32,000 bases of DNA from contig CAJWPE010000010.1 in the NCBI GenBank assembly GCA_913045625.1, positions 1 to 32,000 of the forward strand, in the 5' to 3' direction. The notes under the pieces are model-generated. The model did no database searches. It saw nothing but the letters and a program-made list of their open reading frames with translations, and was not told where the DNA came from. The stretch is from an uncultured Chloroflexota bacterium. GTDB lineage: Bacteria > Chloroflexota > Dehalococcoidia > Lucifugimonadales > UBA826. The position numbers and the translations under genes were made by a program. Positions 8,628 through 17,488 of this stretch are shown one piece after another; position 1 is the first letter of the stretch; each line of letters begins with the position of its first letter.

Positions 8628-8759
8628 TCAGCGATGATGATGACCAGTTCGCCTCTTTACTCCGTTACGCTTACTTGATTTCTTAATATCATTAAGGCGC
8701 TTCACGAACTCCGCTGTCGTTTCTTCTCTTTTTTCCTGCTTTGGTTTTGATTTAACCAT
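8628..8759 (-). CDS. Hypothetical small, highly basic protein (43 aa: MVKSKPKQEKREETTAEFVKRLNDIKKSSKRNGVKRRTGHHHR)
   Basis: Not in the ORF track because it is under 60 aa. Strong SD GGAGG (8771-8767) lies 7 nt upstream of ATG 8759. A TATAAT (8862-8857, minus strand) with a weak -35 TTAATC lies about 100 nt upstream. No family recognised; could be a chance ORF. Confidence 0.25.
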   Translation of the reverse strand: MVKSKPKQEKREETTAEFVKRLNDIKKSSKRNGVKRRTGHHHR

Positions 8760-8797
8760 AATCGTTCCTCCGTTTTGTGGACAAGATTGAGTGTGTT

Positions 8798-8829
8798 CAC
8801 CGCTGGAGAATCGAATTCTACCTGCGGTG
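8798..8829. other. Strong imperfect palindrome/hairpin (13 bp, one mismatch, one bulge, 3-nt loop) containing GAATTC
   Basis: caccgctggagaat-cga-attctacctgcggtg. Pairing checked base by base: 8798-8803 with 8824-8829, 8805-8806 with 8821-8822, and 8807-8811 with 8815-8819. No U-tract on the minus strand; only a weak tgtttg follows on the plus strand. Confidence 0.6.
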
Positions 8830-8909
8830 TGTTTGAAATACTAGAACCTTTGGTACATTATATCGCTTGTGATTCCTTGGATTAATTATTTGTCCATGTT
8901 TTCATATTA

Positions 8910-10883
8910 CTAAGTAAAATCATCATATTTTTTTTCAGAAATATCAACTATGTTTTGAAAATCTTCTTCTAAAACATAGCGCTCATCTATTAATTTTTGT
9001 GTAGCATTTTTTACCTTGATCATATAACTCTCTTTGCTATCGTACAGACTTTCAATTGATGGTCTTGAATCTCCTGTTTTTGCTTTTTCAATCTCTGTTG
9101 CAGGTAGAGGAACTGTCCATCCAGCCAATCCTCCTGTTATTCCAATTAGAAGTCCATCATTACCAATTGAAGGATGTCTAGTGTTCCAGCCAGTGTTTGT
9201 AGAAACTGGCACACTAATATCTGGAAGACGGATTCCTGCAATTTCATTTAAGGTTTCGTCAACATCAGAAACGAATGCAGGATAAATTTCACCTTGTTCA
9301 GGAGGTAGTTTAGTAGTTCTACCTAAATGTTGTTCATCTCCGTAATCTAGTCTCATAGGATTTAATAAACTATCTGGAAGTTTGATGCCCGGAATGGTTG
9401 AAAATTTTTGCACCACATTTTTTGTTTCAATAGCAGATCCATCTTCATGTCTTGGGTGACTACTTGGAGGAGGAGTGTTTTTACCCTTTATCCAGTCATT
9501 CATATTAGATAAACAACCTCTCAATATGGGAGTTTGGTTTACTCCATTAAAAGGTAGATTTCCTCTGACAGAGTCCGCATCTCTTACTGTTTCTAGAGGG
9601 TATTTACCTGAACCATGCTGTGTACCTGAAAAATGATAACGCCTTACATTTATATGTTCTTTCGCATCACTATTATCATGTAGGTTAGTGTGGATTAACG
9701 CAGCATCACCTCTCCAATATTCAGCTGAACTGTTTGTAAACATTATTTTTGTGACATCGCCTTGTTCAATCATCTTATTCAATAATCCACCAGATTCTCC
9801 ACTTACCTCATCAACTTGATTTATGTCAGTGAACGGGAAAAGTTCTGGAATAATGTAACAAACATCTTTGGAAGGTTGTCCAAATCGTAGATTGAATTCT
9901 CCACGCATACCACCTCCAACGTGTGCAATTATCCCGTCCATGGCTTGCCTAGATGCTTCATCAACATTCATTCCAGTGTGAATGTATTGTCGGAGAAACC
10001 TACCACTTTGAGAATTTCCATAAGATATAGCGTGATCTATTTTGCCTTCAAGAAAATTACCATCATCTTCTGAAGCATATTTAATGAACGAACATATATC
10101 TCTGACAGCAGCAAATCCCAGTCCAACAATGCGACTACCCTTCGCCGTATATACCAATTTATATATACGACCTAATTCAAATCCTCCTTTTAGGTTCACA
10201 TGCGACACATCCGGCTCAATTTCAGAATCTTCTACTCTAATTAGAGACCATTTATTCCTTTCAATAATTTGAGGGCTTCCATTTGGGTGGTCTTGTACCA
10301 TTAATTCGGCTTCAAGTTCATTTTCATCATCAGCTGCATTTTTTAAGTGATACCTATCAGCTAAAGGAAAGACAGAAGTATCAACATTTGCTTGATACTG
10401 GTTCATTACTTTTCCTGTTAATTGTTCCCCATTTGAATATGCTTGTGGGGCTGAAAGACCTATTAGACCTGGTATATCTGGCACATCTGCTTGCCATCCG
10501 CAAAACATCAATGTGTATCCTTCCCTCATTAAAAATCCATTGCCAGATTCTATAGGTGAACTTGGGTCAGATTGCCTATCAGAACTATTAAATCCAGACA
10601 GGATTGTTTTGTTTCCTCTATTCACGATATCTAGAAACATTGTCCCGTTTCCGTTATCTGGTTTTGAGGGTGTTAGCATGAGAAAATCTGCAGAAAACTC
10701 TACTTTACCAGCTGCATTTCGAGGTGCTAATTTAAGATCCACTATTCTCTCGTTAGATTCTGAAAATGGATCTACCTCAAAGTAAACTATTCCTTTGATT
10801 TCTTCATAAGTACCTATTTCACCGTATTCCTTTCCTTTTTCTAGGAGTACTCTACTTTCTATTTCTAAGCGACTTACTGTCAT
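8910..10883 (-). CDS. Large (657 aa) uncharacterised alpha/beta-hydrolase-like protein
   Basis: Long uninterrupted ORF with a near-perfect SD GGAGGTG upstream of ATG 10883. Contains a nucleophile-elbow-like GNSQSG (small-x-Ser-x-small) in ISYGNSQSGRFLRQY. I recall it resembling the large 'alpha/beta hydrolase domain-containing protein' family with no characterised member. No signal peptide seen. Confidence 0.8.
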   Translation of the reverse strand: MTVSRLEIESRVLLEKGKEYGEIGTYEEIKGIVYFEVDPFSESNERIVDLKLAPRNAAGKVEFSADFLMLTPSKPDNGNGTMFLDIVNRGNKTILSGFNSSDRQSDPSSPIESGNGFLMREGYTLMFCGWQADVPDIPGLIGLSAPQAYSNGEQLTGKVMNQYQANVDTSVFPLADRYHLKNAADDENELEAELMVQDHPNGSPQIIERNKWSLIRVEDSEIEPDVSHVNLKGGFELGRIYKLVYTAKGSRIVGLGFAAVRDICSFIKYASEDDGNFLEGKIDHAISYGNSQSGRFLRQYIHTGMNVDEASRQAMDGIIAHVGGGMRGEFNLRFGQPSKDVCYIIPELFPFTDINQVDEVSGESGGLLNKMIEQGDVTKIMFTNSSAEYWRGDAALIHTNLHDNSDAKEHINVRRYHFSGTQHGSGKYPLETVRDADSVRGNLPFNGVNQTPILRGCLSNMNDWIKGKNTPPPSSHPRHEDGSAIETKNVVQKFSTIPGIKLPDSLLNPMRLDYGDEQHLGRTTKLPPEQGEIYPAFVSDVDETLNEIAGIRLPDISVPVSTNTGWNTRHPSIGNDGLLIGITGGLAGWTVPLPATEIEKAKTGDSRPSIESLYDSKESYMIKVKNATQKLIDERYVLEEDFQNIVDISEKKYDDFT

Positions 10884-11063
10884 TTTTCACCTCCCCAAAT
10901 TTAATGTGATTCTACCATTACAAATTTCAGATAGAAGGATGAGTAATTCTGATACATATCAAATCCATATCGATCTTAATTAACATTAAGTTTAATTAAA
11001 TGAGTATTTATTTTTAACGAGCATTGTTATCATAAATTTATACTGATTTATAAGGAGATTTGA

Positions 11064-11339
11064 ATGAAGAATGTATGTGTAATTTCAACTTTTCAGGGAA
11101 CATTAGACGACGCAAAGAAATTAAATGATGAAATATTAAATAAATTTCCTGGAATGGTAGAAGAGTTTGATCTTGTTGAGATGCCTTATGACAAAGAAGG
11201 TTGGACACGAGTTCTTGTTATTGCCAACATATTGGATATGGAGAAAATGCAAGAAGCAATGACTGCCTCATGGGTAGTGGAGTGGGACGAAAAACACAAT
11301 AATACTGACGAAGTTTATGCTTTGGAAAAAATGAATTAA
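11064..11339 (+). CDS. Hypothetical protein (91 aa)
   Basis: ORF with SD AAGGAG upstream of ATG 11064. Compact, soluble-looking alpha/beta sequence. No family confidently recognised. Confidence 0.65.
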   Translation: MKNVCVISTFQGTLDDAKKLNDEILNKFPGMVEEFDLVEMPYDKEGWTRVLVIANILDMEKMQEAMTASWVVEWDEKHNNTDEVYALEKMN

Positions 11340-11402
11340 AAATATTTCATTTAGGTTTTAAATTTTAGTTATAATTCCCCAATATATTTGAATGGAGATA
11401 CT

Positions 11403-13118
11403 ATGACTGATGCAAATGAAAATGAGCAAGAAAACCTTACTGACGGATTTAATTTAGTAATAGATGCTTTGAAATTAAATGATATTAATACTATCTATAA
11501 TGTCCCAGGCATTCCTATTACTGATTTGGGTCGTATGATGCAAGCTTCGGGAATGAGAGTACTTTCATTTCGTCATGAACAAAATGCGGGGTATGCGGCA
11601 GCAACAGCGGGGTTTTTGACGAAAAAACCTGGTGTTTGTATGACTGTGTCTGCACCCGGTTTTTTAAACGGATTAACTGCATTGGCTCATGCTACTACTA
11701 ATTGTTTTCCTATGATTATGATTAGCGGATCTTCAGAAAGAGAAATAGTTGATTTGCAACAAGGTGATTATGAGGAAATGGATCAGCTCGCTATAGCAAA
11801 ACCTCTTTGTAAGGCTGCATATAGAATTCTTAATGTAGAGGATATAGGAATAGGAATAGCCAGAGCTATTCGTGCAGCTGTATCAGGAAGACCTGGTGGT
11901 GTGTATCTAGATATGCCTGCAAAATTATTACCTCAAGTTATGAATGATAAAGAAGGTGGAAAATCTTTAGTTAAAGTAATTGATGCTGCTCCCAAACAAA
12001 TTCCATCTCAAGAATCAATTGAAAGAGCTTGTGAGATTTTAAGATCAGCTGAAAAACCATTAATTATTATAGGGAAAGGTGCTGCTTATTCTCAATCAGA
12101 TGTAGAGATTAAAGAATTAATAGAGAAGACTGGTATTCCATATTTACCTATGAGCATGGCTAAAGGTATTTTGCCAGATGTTCATCCTCAATCTGCATCA
12201 GCTGCTAGATCACTAGTTTTAAAAGAAGCTGATGTTGTATTGGTGATAGGTGCAAGAATTAATTGGTTACTTTCTCATGGCAAAGGTAAAACTTGGGGTG
12301 AAAATGACAAAAAATTTATACAGATTGATATAGACCCAAAAGAAATCGATAGTAATGTTCCAATAGCTGCACCAGTAATAGGAGATATTCAATCTTGCAT
12401 CAATGCGATTTTAGAAAAAATTGATCATACATGGGTACAACCTCCTGCAGAATGGACAAATTCGATTAGAGAAAAAGTAGAAACAAATATCGCAAGAATG
12501 GCTCCTAGACTTGAAAACCAAAATAATCCAATGGATTTTCATGGTGCTTTAGGTGTTTTGAGGGATGTGATTAAAGAGAGACCCGAAGCTATATTGGTTA
12601 ATGAAGGGGCTAATACTCTAGATTTTACTCGCTCTATTATAGATATGTATCAACCTAGGAAGAGAATAGATGTTGGTACTTGGGGAGTAATGGGAATAGG
12701 AATGGGTTCTGCAATAGCAGCAACAGTTGAGACAGGAAATCCTGTTTTGGCAATAGAAGGTGATAGTGCATTTGGTTTTTCTGCCATGGAAATTGAAACT
12801 ATATGTAGATACAACTTACCTGTATGTGTAGTGGTATTTAATAATGGTGGCATATATCGAGGAATTGACGTGAACCCTACAGAAGGTGAGGACGTTGCAA
12901 CAACAGTATTTGTAAAAGATTCAAGATATGACAAATTGATTGAAGCTTTTGGTGGTTTAGGTGTGAATGTCTCATCTCCAACTGAATTGAAGTCAGCGGT
13001 TGATGAAGCTATGAATTCTGGGTCTCCAACTTTAATTAACGCAGCAATAGATAGCTCTGCTGGTACAGAGAGCGGAAGAATAGGCAATCTTAACCCTCAA
13101 AGACAGATGAAAAAGTAG
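11403..13118 (+). CDS. oxc: Oxalyl-CoA decarboxylase (ThDP-dependent)
   Basis: Near-collinear match, from memory, to Oxalobacter formigenes OXC. It includes [79 protein letters not shown] and the C-terminal ESGRI block. The ORF track starts at TTG 11388; ATG 11403 sits 5 nt after GGAG (11394-11397) and gives 571 aa. Confidence 0.92.
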   Translation: MTDANENEQENLTDGFNLVIDALKLNDINTIYNVPGIPITDLGRMMQASGMRVLSFRHEQNAGYAAATAGFLTKKPGVCMTVSAPGFLNGLTALAHATTNCFPMIMISGSSEREIVDLQQGDYEEMDQLAIAKPLCKAAYRILNVEDIGIGIARAIRAAVSGRPGGVYLDMPAKLLPQVMNDKEGGKSLVKVIDAAPKQIPSQESIERACEILRSAEKPLIIIGKGAAYSQSDVEIKELIEKTGIPYLPMSMAKGILPDVHPQSASAARSLVLKEADVVLVIGARINWLLSHGKGKTWGENDKKFIQIDIDPKEIDSNVPIAAPVIGDIQSCINAILEKIDHTWVQPPAEWTNSIREKVETNIARMAPRLENQNNPMDFHGALGVLRDVIKERPEAILVNEGANTLDFTRSIIDMYQPRKRIDVGTWGVMGIGMGSAIAATVETGNPVLAIEGDSAFGFSAMEIETICRYNLPVCVVVFNNGGIYRGIDVNPTEGEDVATTVFVKDSRYDKLIEAFGGLGVNVSSPTELKSAVDEAMNSGSPTLINAAIDSSAGTESGRIGNLNPQRQMKK

Positions 13119-13129
13119 AATTTAAACCA

Positions 13130-14074
13130 TTAAATAAATGCGGATAAAACTTCTTCATCAAGTGCTTGAAGAGATTCTGAATTACTTGGTCTAGGAGAAA
13201 ACATGATTTCATCTACTCCAGCATCAATGAATTCGCCAACTCTATCAATTATGTAACTAGCATTACCGGCAACAGTCCCTGATCCAACTTTACTGATAAA
13301 TTCATCAGTTTCCGATTTGTTATCAGATAGTTTTGTAGGCATTGAAATAGTGTATGTTATTTCTGCAGGGTCTCTTCCTACATTTTCGCAGTGTTGTTTT
13401 ATTACATTAACTTTATGGTTATATAACTCTAGCGACATACCACCCATAGCTTCGTTTTCTGGTTTTCCAACTGCAAATCCATCTAGATTCCAAACGTCTC
13501 CATATTTTGCTAACGTTTTTAAAGTTCTTTTTTCACCCATTCCTCCCACCATAATAGGTATATGTGGTTTTTGAACTGAACCTGGAGAAAGAGGTGCGTT
13601 ATCTAGTTTGTAGAATTTCCCATCAAAATTTACTGGTTCTGTGGCTGTAAATAATTCGCGAATTAATTTGCAGGATTCTTCAAATCTATTTGATCGCTCT
13701 CCTAGAGAATAAAAATCCCATCCGTATGCTTCGTGTTCTCTTTGAAACCATGCTGCTCCAACACTTAAAACAAATCGTCCATTAGAAATTTGGTCAATTG
13801 TTGTAGCCATTTTGGCAACTAATCCAGGGTTTCTGTAAGTATTACCATTCACCATATGGCCCATTCTTAGAGTATTCGTCATTCCAGCGACAGCAGCTAA
13901 TAAAGTCCAAGACTCAAAAATCGGTTGATCTTCAGCACCTTTCCATGCGGCTGGGGGGATAAAATGGTCCGGAAACCAAATGCTACTCCATCTGCCAGAA
14001 TCCATTGTTTTCATAGCTCCTTGGATTTCTTCCCAAGTAGTTGTGTAACTTGAAACTGATGCACCAAACTTCAT
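13130..14074 (-). CDS. LLM-class (luciferase-like) flavin/F420-dependent oxidoreductase
   Basis: 314 aa with MKFG.. N-terminus, SIWFPDHF, and PIMVGGMGEKRTLKTLAKYGDVWN, typical of the F420-dependent LLM subfamily. SD AGGAGA upstream of the start. Confidence 0.82.
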   Translation of the reverse strand: MKFGASVSSYTTTWEEIQGAMKTMDSGRWSSIWFPDHFIPPAAWKGAEDQPIFESWTLLAAVAGMTNTLRMGHMVNGNTYRNPGLVAKMATTIDQISNGRFVLSVGAAWFQREHEAYGWDFYSLGERSNRFEESCKLIRELFTATEPVNFDGKFYKLDNAPLSPGSVQKPHIPIMVGGMGEKRTLKTLAKYGDVWNLDGFAVGKPENEAMGGMSLELYNHKVNVIKQHCENVGRDPAEITYTISMPTKLSDNKSETDEFISKVGSGTVAGNASYIIDRVGEFIDAGVDEIMFSPRPSNSESLQALDEEVLSAFI

Positions 14075-14092
14075 TTTTATCTCCTAGAAACT

Positions 14093-15268
14093 TTATTCAA
14101 AGGAAGAGTACACGATATTCCTTAATTTATGCCACAAATCATATGAAGTGAATGGAGTTAATTGAGTGAAAAATGCAACCGTCATGTTATTTGAGGGGTC
14201 AACCCAGAAAAAAGTGCTTCCTTTTCCTACCCAAGCTAATTCATTTTTACTTCCTAAGTTTTGAGCTTTGCCTGGATCAGTTAGTATGCTAAATCCTAAT
14301 CCGAATTCATATCCCTTCATGTTGATGATTCCTAATGATCCCATATCAGTTTTTTTAAATTCCGGGAGATGGGTTGTATGGCTTTGAGACATTAATGAGA
14401 AGGTCTTGTCTGAAATCAAATGATTATTTCTGTACTTACCTCTGTATAAAATCATGTCAGCAAACTTCAAATAATCATCTACACTGCTAATAAGGCCTCC
14501 TCCGCCTGAATTGAAATTTGGGTTTAATTGCAGTGGGTCAGAATTATATTTCTGGTCTAATATAGGCTCTCCGTTTGCATTGAAATCATACATTGATGCT
14601 ATTCGAGAATAATTAGATTTATTTAGATCAAAAGAAGTGTCACTCATATCTAACTTCTGAAAAATTTCTTCATCGAGAAAGTTACCTAATGTTTTATTCG
14701 TAATTTTTTGGATAATAAAACCTAGTACATCCGTAGAAACAGAATAATTCCATCTAGTCCCTGGTTCAAATAAAAGAGGAGTTTCAGATAAAATATTAAT
14801 GAGTGATTCTAGACTTTTATGAAAACTACCAATCGTGTTATCTCTGTAAAACTGATCAATTGAATTTTTTTCCATGAATGCATATGTGAATCCAGAAGTA
14901 TGTCTCAATAAATCTAAAATTGTAATTTCATTGATAGCAGGAATTGTATTTAAATCTCCTGGAGTAATTTCTTTCAGAACATTCATGTTTGCCATTTTAG
15001 GTATGAATTGTGAAATTTTATCTTCTAAAGAAATTAATCCCCGATCAACTAAAATCATGAAACCGAAACTGACTATAGGTTTAGTCATTGAATGAATTTG
15101 GAATAATGTAGAGCGATCCATAAGGATTTCTTTTTCACGATTTTGGAATCCAAACTTTGAAAAATGGGATTCTGATCCATCTACATGAATAGCTAAGTTT
15201 GCCCCTACTAATTGTTTAGAATCAAAAAATTCTTTTTGAATTTTTTGGTCTATCAAAGAAAAATTCAT
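14093..15268 (-). CDS. Serine hydrolase, beta-lactamase/esterase (class C-like) family
   Basis: S-x-x-K motif in HSMTKP, a Tyr motif (NYSVSTD) and a C-terminal WVGKGSTFFWVDP block. The start overlaps the nhaA stop (ATGA, 15265-15268). Confidence 0.85.
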   Translation of the reverse strand: MNFSLIDQKIQKEFFDSKQLVGANLAIHVDGSESHFSKFGFQNREKEILMDRSTLFQIHSMTKPIVSFGFMILVDRGLISLEDKISQFIPKMANMNVLKEITPGDLNTIPAINEITILDLLRHTSGFTYAFMEKNSIDQFYRDNTIGSFHKSLESLINILSETPLLFEPGTRWNYSVSTDVLGFIIQKITNKTLGNFLDEEIFQKLDMSDTSFDLNKSNYSRIASMYDFNANGEPILDQKYNSDPLQLNPNFNSGGGGLISSVDDYLKFADMILYRGKYRNNHLISDKTFSLMSQSHTTHLPEFKKTDMGSLGIINMKGYEFGLGFSILTDPGKAQNLGSKNELAWVGKGSTFFWVDPSNNMTVAFFTQLTPFTSYDLWHKLRNIVYSSFE

Positions 15269-16437
15269 TGTGATGGAGGTTTAGTAGTTAGTCTTAATGT
15301 TAAATATCCTAAGACTCCTGCTAATAATGAGGCTATTAAAACGCCCAGTCTTACTGATGTTTGATATTCAGGATCTGTGAAAGCCAAACTTCCAATAAAC
15401 AAGCTCATTGTAAATCCAATTCCTGTCACTAAAGAAAGACCATAGTACTGAGCCCAAGAAATGTCGGAAGGTAGTTTGCAGATCCTCAATAGGCTTCCTA
15501 TATATGTAAATAGCATGACTCCTATTTGTTTACCAAAAAAGAGTCCTAATATGATGCCTAAAGTTACAGGGTCCCAAAGAAGATTTAATTTCATTCCTGA
15601 AAATGAAACTCCAGCATTTGCAAAAGCGAAAATAGGCAAAATCATGAAATTTACCCAAGGTTCTATTGAATGCTCAAGTTTGTATAAAGGTGAGTGATCT
15701 GAGGAGTTTTTAGCGTTGATAGGTATAAATTGTGCTAATGCCACGCCTGCTAAACTTGCATGTATTCCAGATTTGAGTACAAAAATCCACAGTAAAATTC
15801 CTACAATAATATAGGGTGCTAATGTCGTGATTTTTCTGTTGTTCAAAACAAATAAAATAGATGTAGCTATTGCAGCAAAAATTAAATAATTAATTGATAA
15901 GTCAGATGTATAGAATGACGCAATAATAATTATTGCCATCAGATCATCAATTATTGCAATCGCTACCAATGTTACTTTTAAAGAAATTGGAACTCTATCA
16001 CCTAATAAAGTGACTACTCCTAACGCAAAAGCAATATCAGTAGCTGTGGGTATGGCCCATCCATTAGTTGTAATTTCATTTCCGAAATTCAAGCTAATGT
16101 AAATGACTGCGGGTATCGCGATGCCGCCTATCGCTGCCACAGCGGGTAAGCTAAATTGTTCTCTTGTAGAAAGATGGCCTTGAACTATTTCTCTTTTTAT
16201 TTCTAATCCAATTAAAAGAAAGAATATAGCCATAAGACCATCATTGATCCAGTGATGTAGATCTTTGTCTATTCCAAAGTCAGATATTTTAATGCTGATA
16301 GAGGTGTGTAAAAACTTTGCGTACGAATCGCTTAAAAATGAGTTTTCAACCAGTATTGCGGCAATTGCAGCAGTAAGTAATAAAATTCCTGCAGCCGATT
16401 TTAATTGAAAAAATTTACGAATAATGTCTATTGGCAT
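15265..16437 (-). CDS. nhaA: Na+/H+ antiporter NhaA
   Basis: 390-aa polytopic protein with the NhaA hallmark IAIIDDLMAIIIIASFY (twin Asp) and overall NhaA-like order. Confidence 0.9.
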   Translation of the reverse strand: MPIDIIRKFFQLKSAAGILLLTAAIAAILVENSFLSDSYAKFLHTSISIKISDFGIDKDLHHWINDGLMAIFFLLIGLEIKREIVQGHLSTREQFSLPAVAAIGGIAIPAVIYISLNFGNEITTNGWAIPTATDIAFALGVVTLLGDRVPISLKVTLVAIAIIDDLMAIIIIASFYTSDLSINYLIFAAIATSILFVLNNRKITTLAPYIIVGILLWIFVLKSGIHASLAGVALAQFIPINAKNSSDHSPLYKLEHSIEPWVNFMILPIFAFANAGVSFSGMKLNLLWDPVTLGIILGLFFGKQIGVMLFTYIGSLLRICKLPSDISWAQYYGLSLVTGIGFTMSLFIGSLAFTDPEYQTSVRLGVLIASLLAGVLGYLTLRLTTKPPSQ

Positions 16438-16559
16438 TTTTTATCTCAAGTTTGATGTAATAAGCAGCTATTATCATAGCGTAAAATCTAAATTCTAGAA
16501 TCTGTTTTTAGTTAAAATAAACCACGTATAATGCGTAAAGATTTTCCCTTGGAGATTTC

Positions 16560-17459
16560 ATGACTTGGTTGGTTTTTAGTTTTCTTAGTGCATTTACATT
16601 TTCTGTTGTCACAGTGATGGACAAAATTGTAATTTCTAAGCATGTTTCTAGTGCAAAAGTTTTTATACTTGGTTTGGGTATTACTCAAACAGCAATGGGT
16701 TTTTATGTCTTTCCATGGTTAATTAGTCACTATCCTTTGATTCCATCATTGATTGCAGTTGTATCAGGTGTGGTTTGTGGGATTTATTTAATAATAATGT
16801 TTATGGCCATGGAGTCTCAGGATGTTTCAAGATTAATTCCGGTAGTTTCTACATATCCAATATTTGTAGCTTTTCTTTCTTATGTTTTTTTAGGTGAGTC
16901 AATTGGTATATATGTTTGGTTTAGTATCCTATTAACCGTTTCTGGTGCTGTAATGGTGTCATTGGGGCCATCACAGTCTGGTAGACCTTCAACGAGTATT
17001 ACATTGATGGTTTTATTGTTTTTTGCAAGTATGTGTTTCGGTTTAAGTCAGTTTTTAGCAAAGATAATTGTTGATGACATGGAGCTATGGCCTCAGTTCA
17101 TGCTTAGAGGTCTAGGAGTGGGGATGGCATCATTTTTTGTTATTTTTTATCCAGGTGTTAAAACTGGTTTTATTCAATTAGTAAAAACTCCAAAATCTTT
17201 CTTGTTATTTTTTTTCTCTGAAGGTATTTTGGCCTTTGCTGCTATTGCATTTTTTTATTTTGCAATTTATGCAGGTGAAGTATATTTAGTGTCTACAGTG
17301 ATGAGCAGTAGACCTGTGTTCGTGTTTTTTCTTGGCATAGTATTAAGCTTACCTTTTATCAAAATTCTTTCAGAAAGGCTTGAAGGTAAAGCTCTTTATG
17401 TACGAGCTGTTGGTACTTTTATGACAGTAGCTGGTGTCAGCGGAGTCGCTTTATTGTAG
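16560..17459 (+). CDS. EamA/DMT-superfamily permease (paralog 1)
   Basis: 299 aa with about 10 predicted TM segments in two EamA-like halves. SD GGAG lies 5 nt upstream of ATG 16560. Confidence 0.8.
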   Translation: MTWLVFSFLSAFTFSVVTVMDKIVISKHVSSAKVFILGLGITQTAMGFYVFPWLISHYPLIPSLIAVVSGVVCGIYLIIMFMAMESQDVSRLIPVVSTYPIFVAFLSYVFLGESIGIYVWFSILLTVSGAVMVSLGPSQSGRPSTSITLMVLLFFASMCFGLSQFLAKIIVDDMELWPQFMLRGLGVGMASFFVIFYPGVKTGFIQLVKTPKSFLLFFFSEGILAFAAIAFFYFAIYAGEVYLVSTVMSSRPVFVFFLGIVLSLPFIKILSERLEGKALYVRAVGTFMTVAGVSGVALL

Positions 17460-17488
17460 AATTTTTCTAGCAAACTTTTGAGGAATTG

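Noticed and set aside
8421-8759. Idea that the minus-strand frame continuing past the 43-aa ORF is a decayed gene with nonsense mutations (protein-like stretches such as SIDEALNLEIAESS and PFSDQKVDLIDREIL in one frame)
   Set aside because: In-frame stops occur every 7-20 codons, which is roughly what chance predicts at about 40% G+C. No family motif was recognisable. I kept it only as one hypothesis for the gap.
8421-8909. Identification of the gap as tmRNA, RNase P RNA, SRP RNA or 6S RNA
   Set aside because: None of the conserved strings I know for these RNAs is present on either strand. That includes the tRNA-like 3' end with ACCA, GAGGAAAGUCC..., and the SRP GGAA/AGCA motifs.
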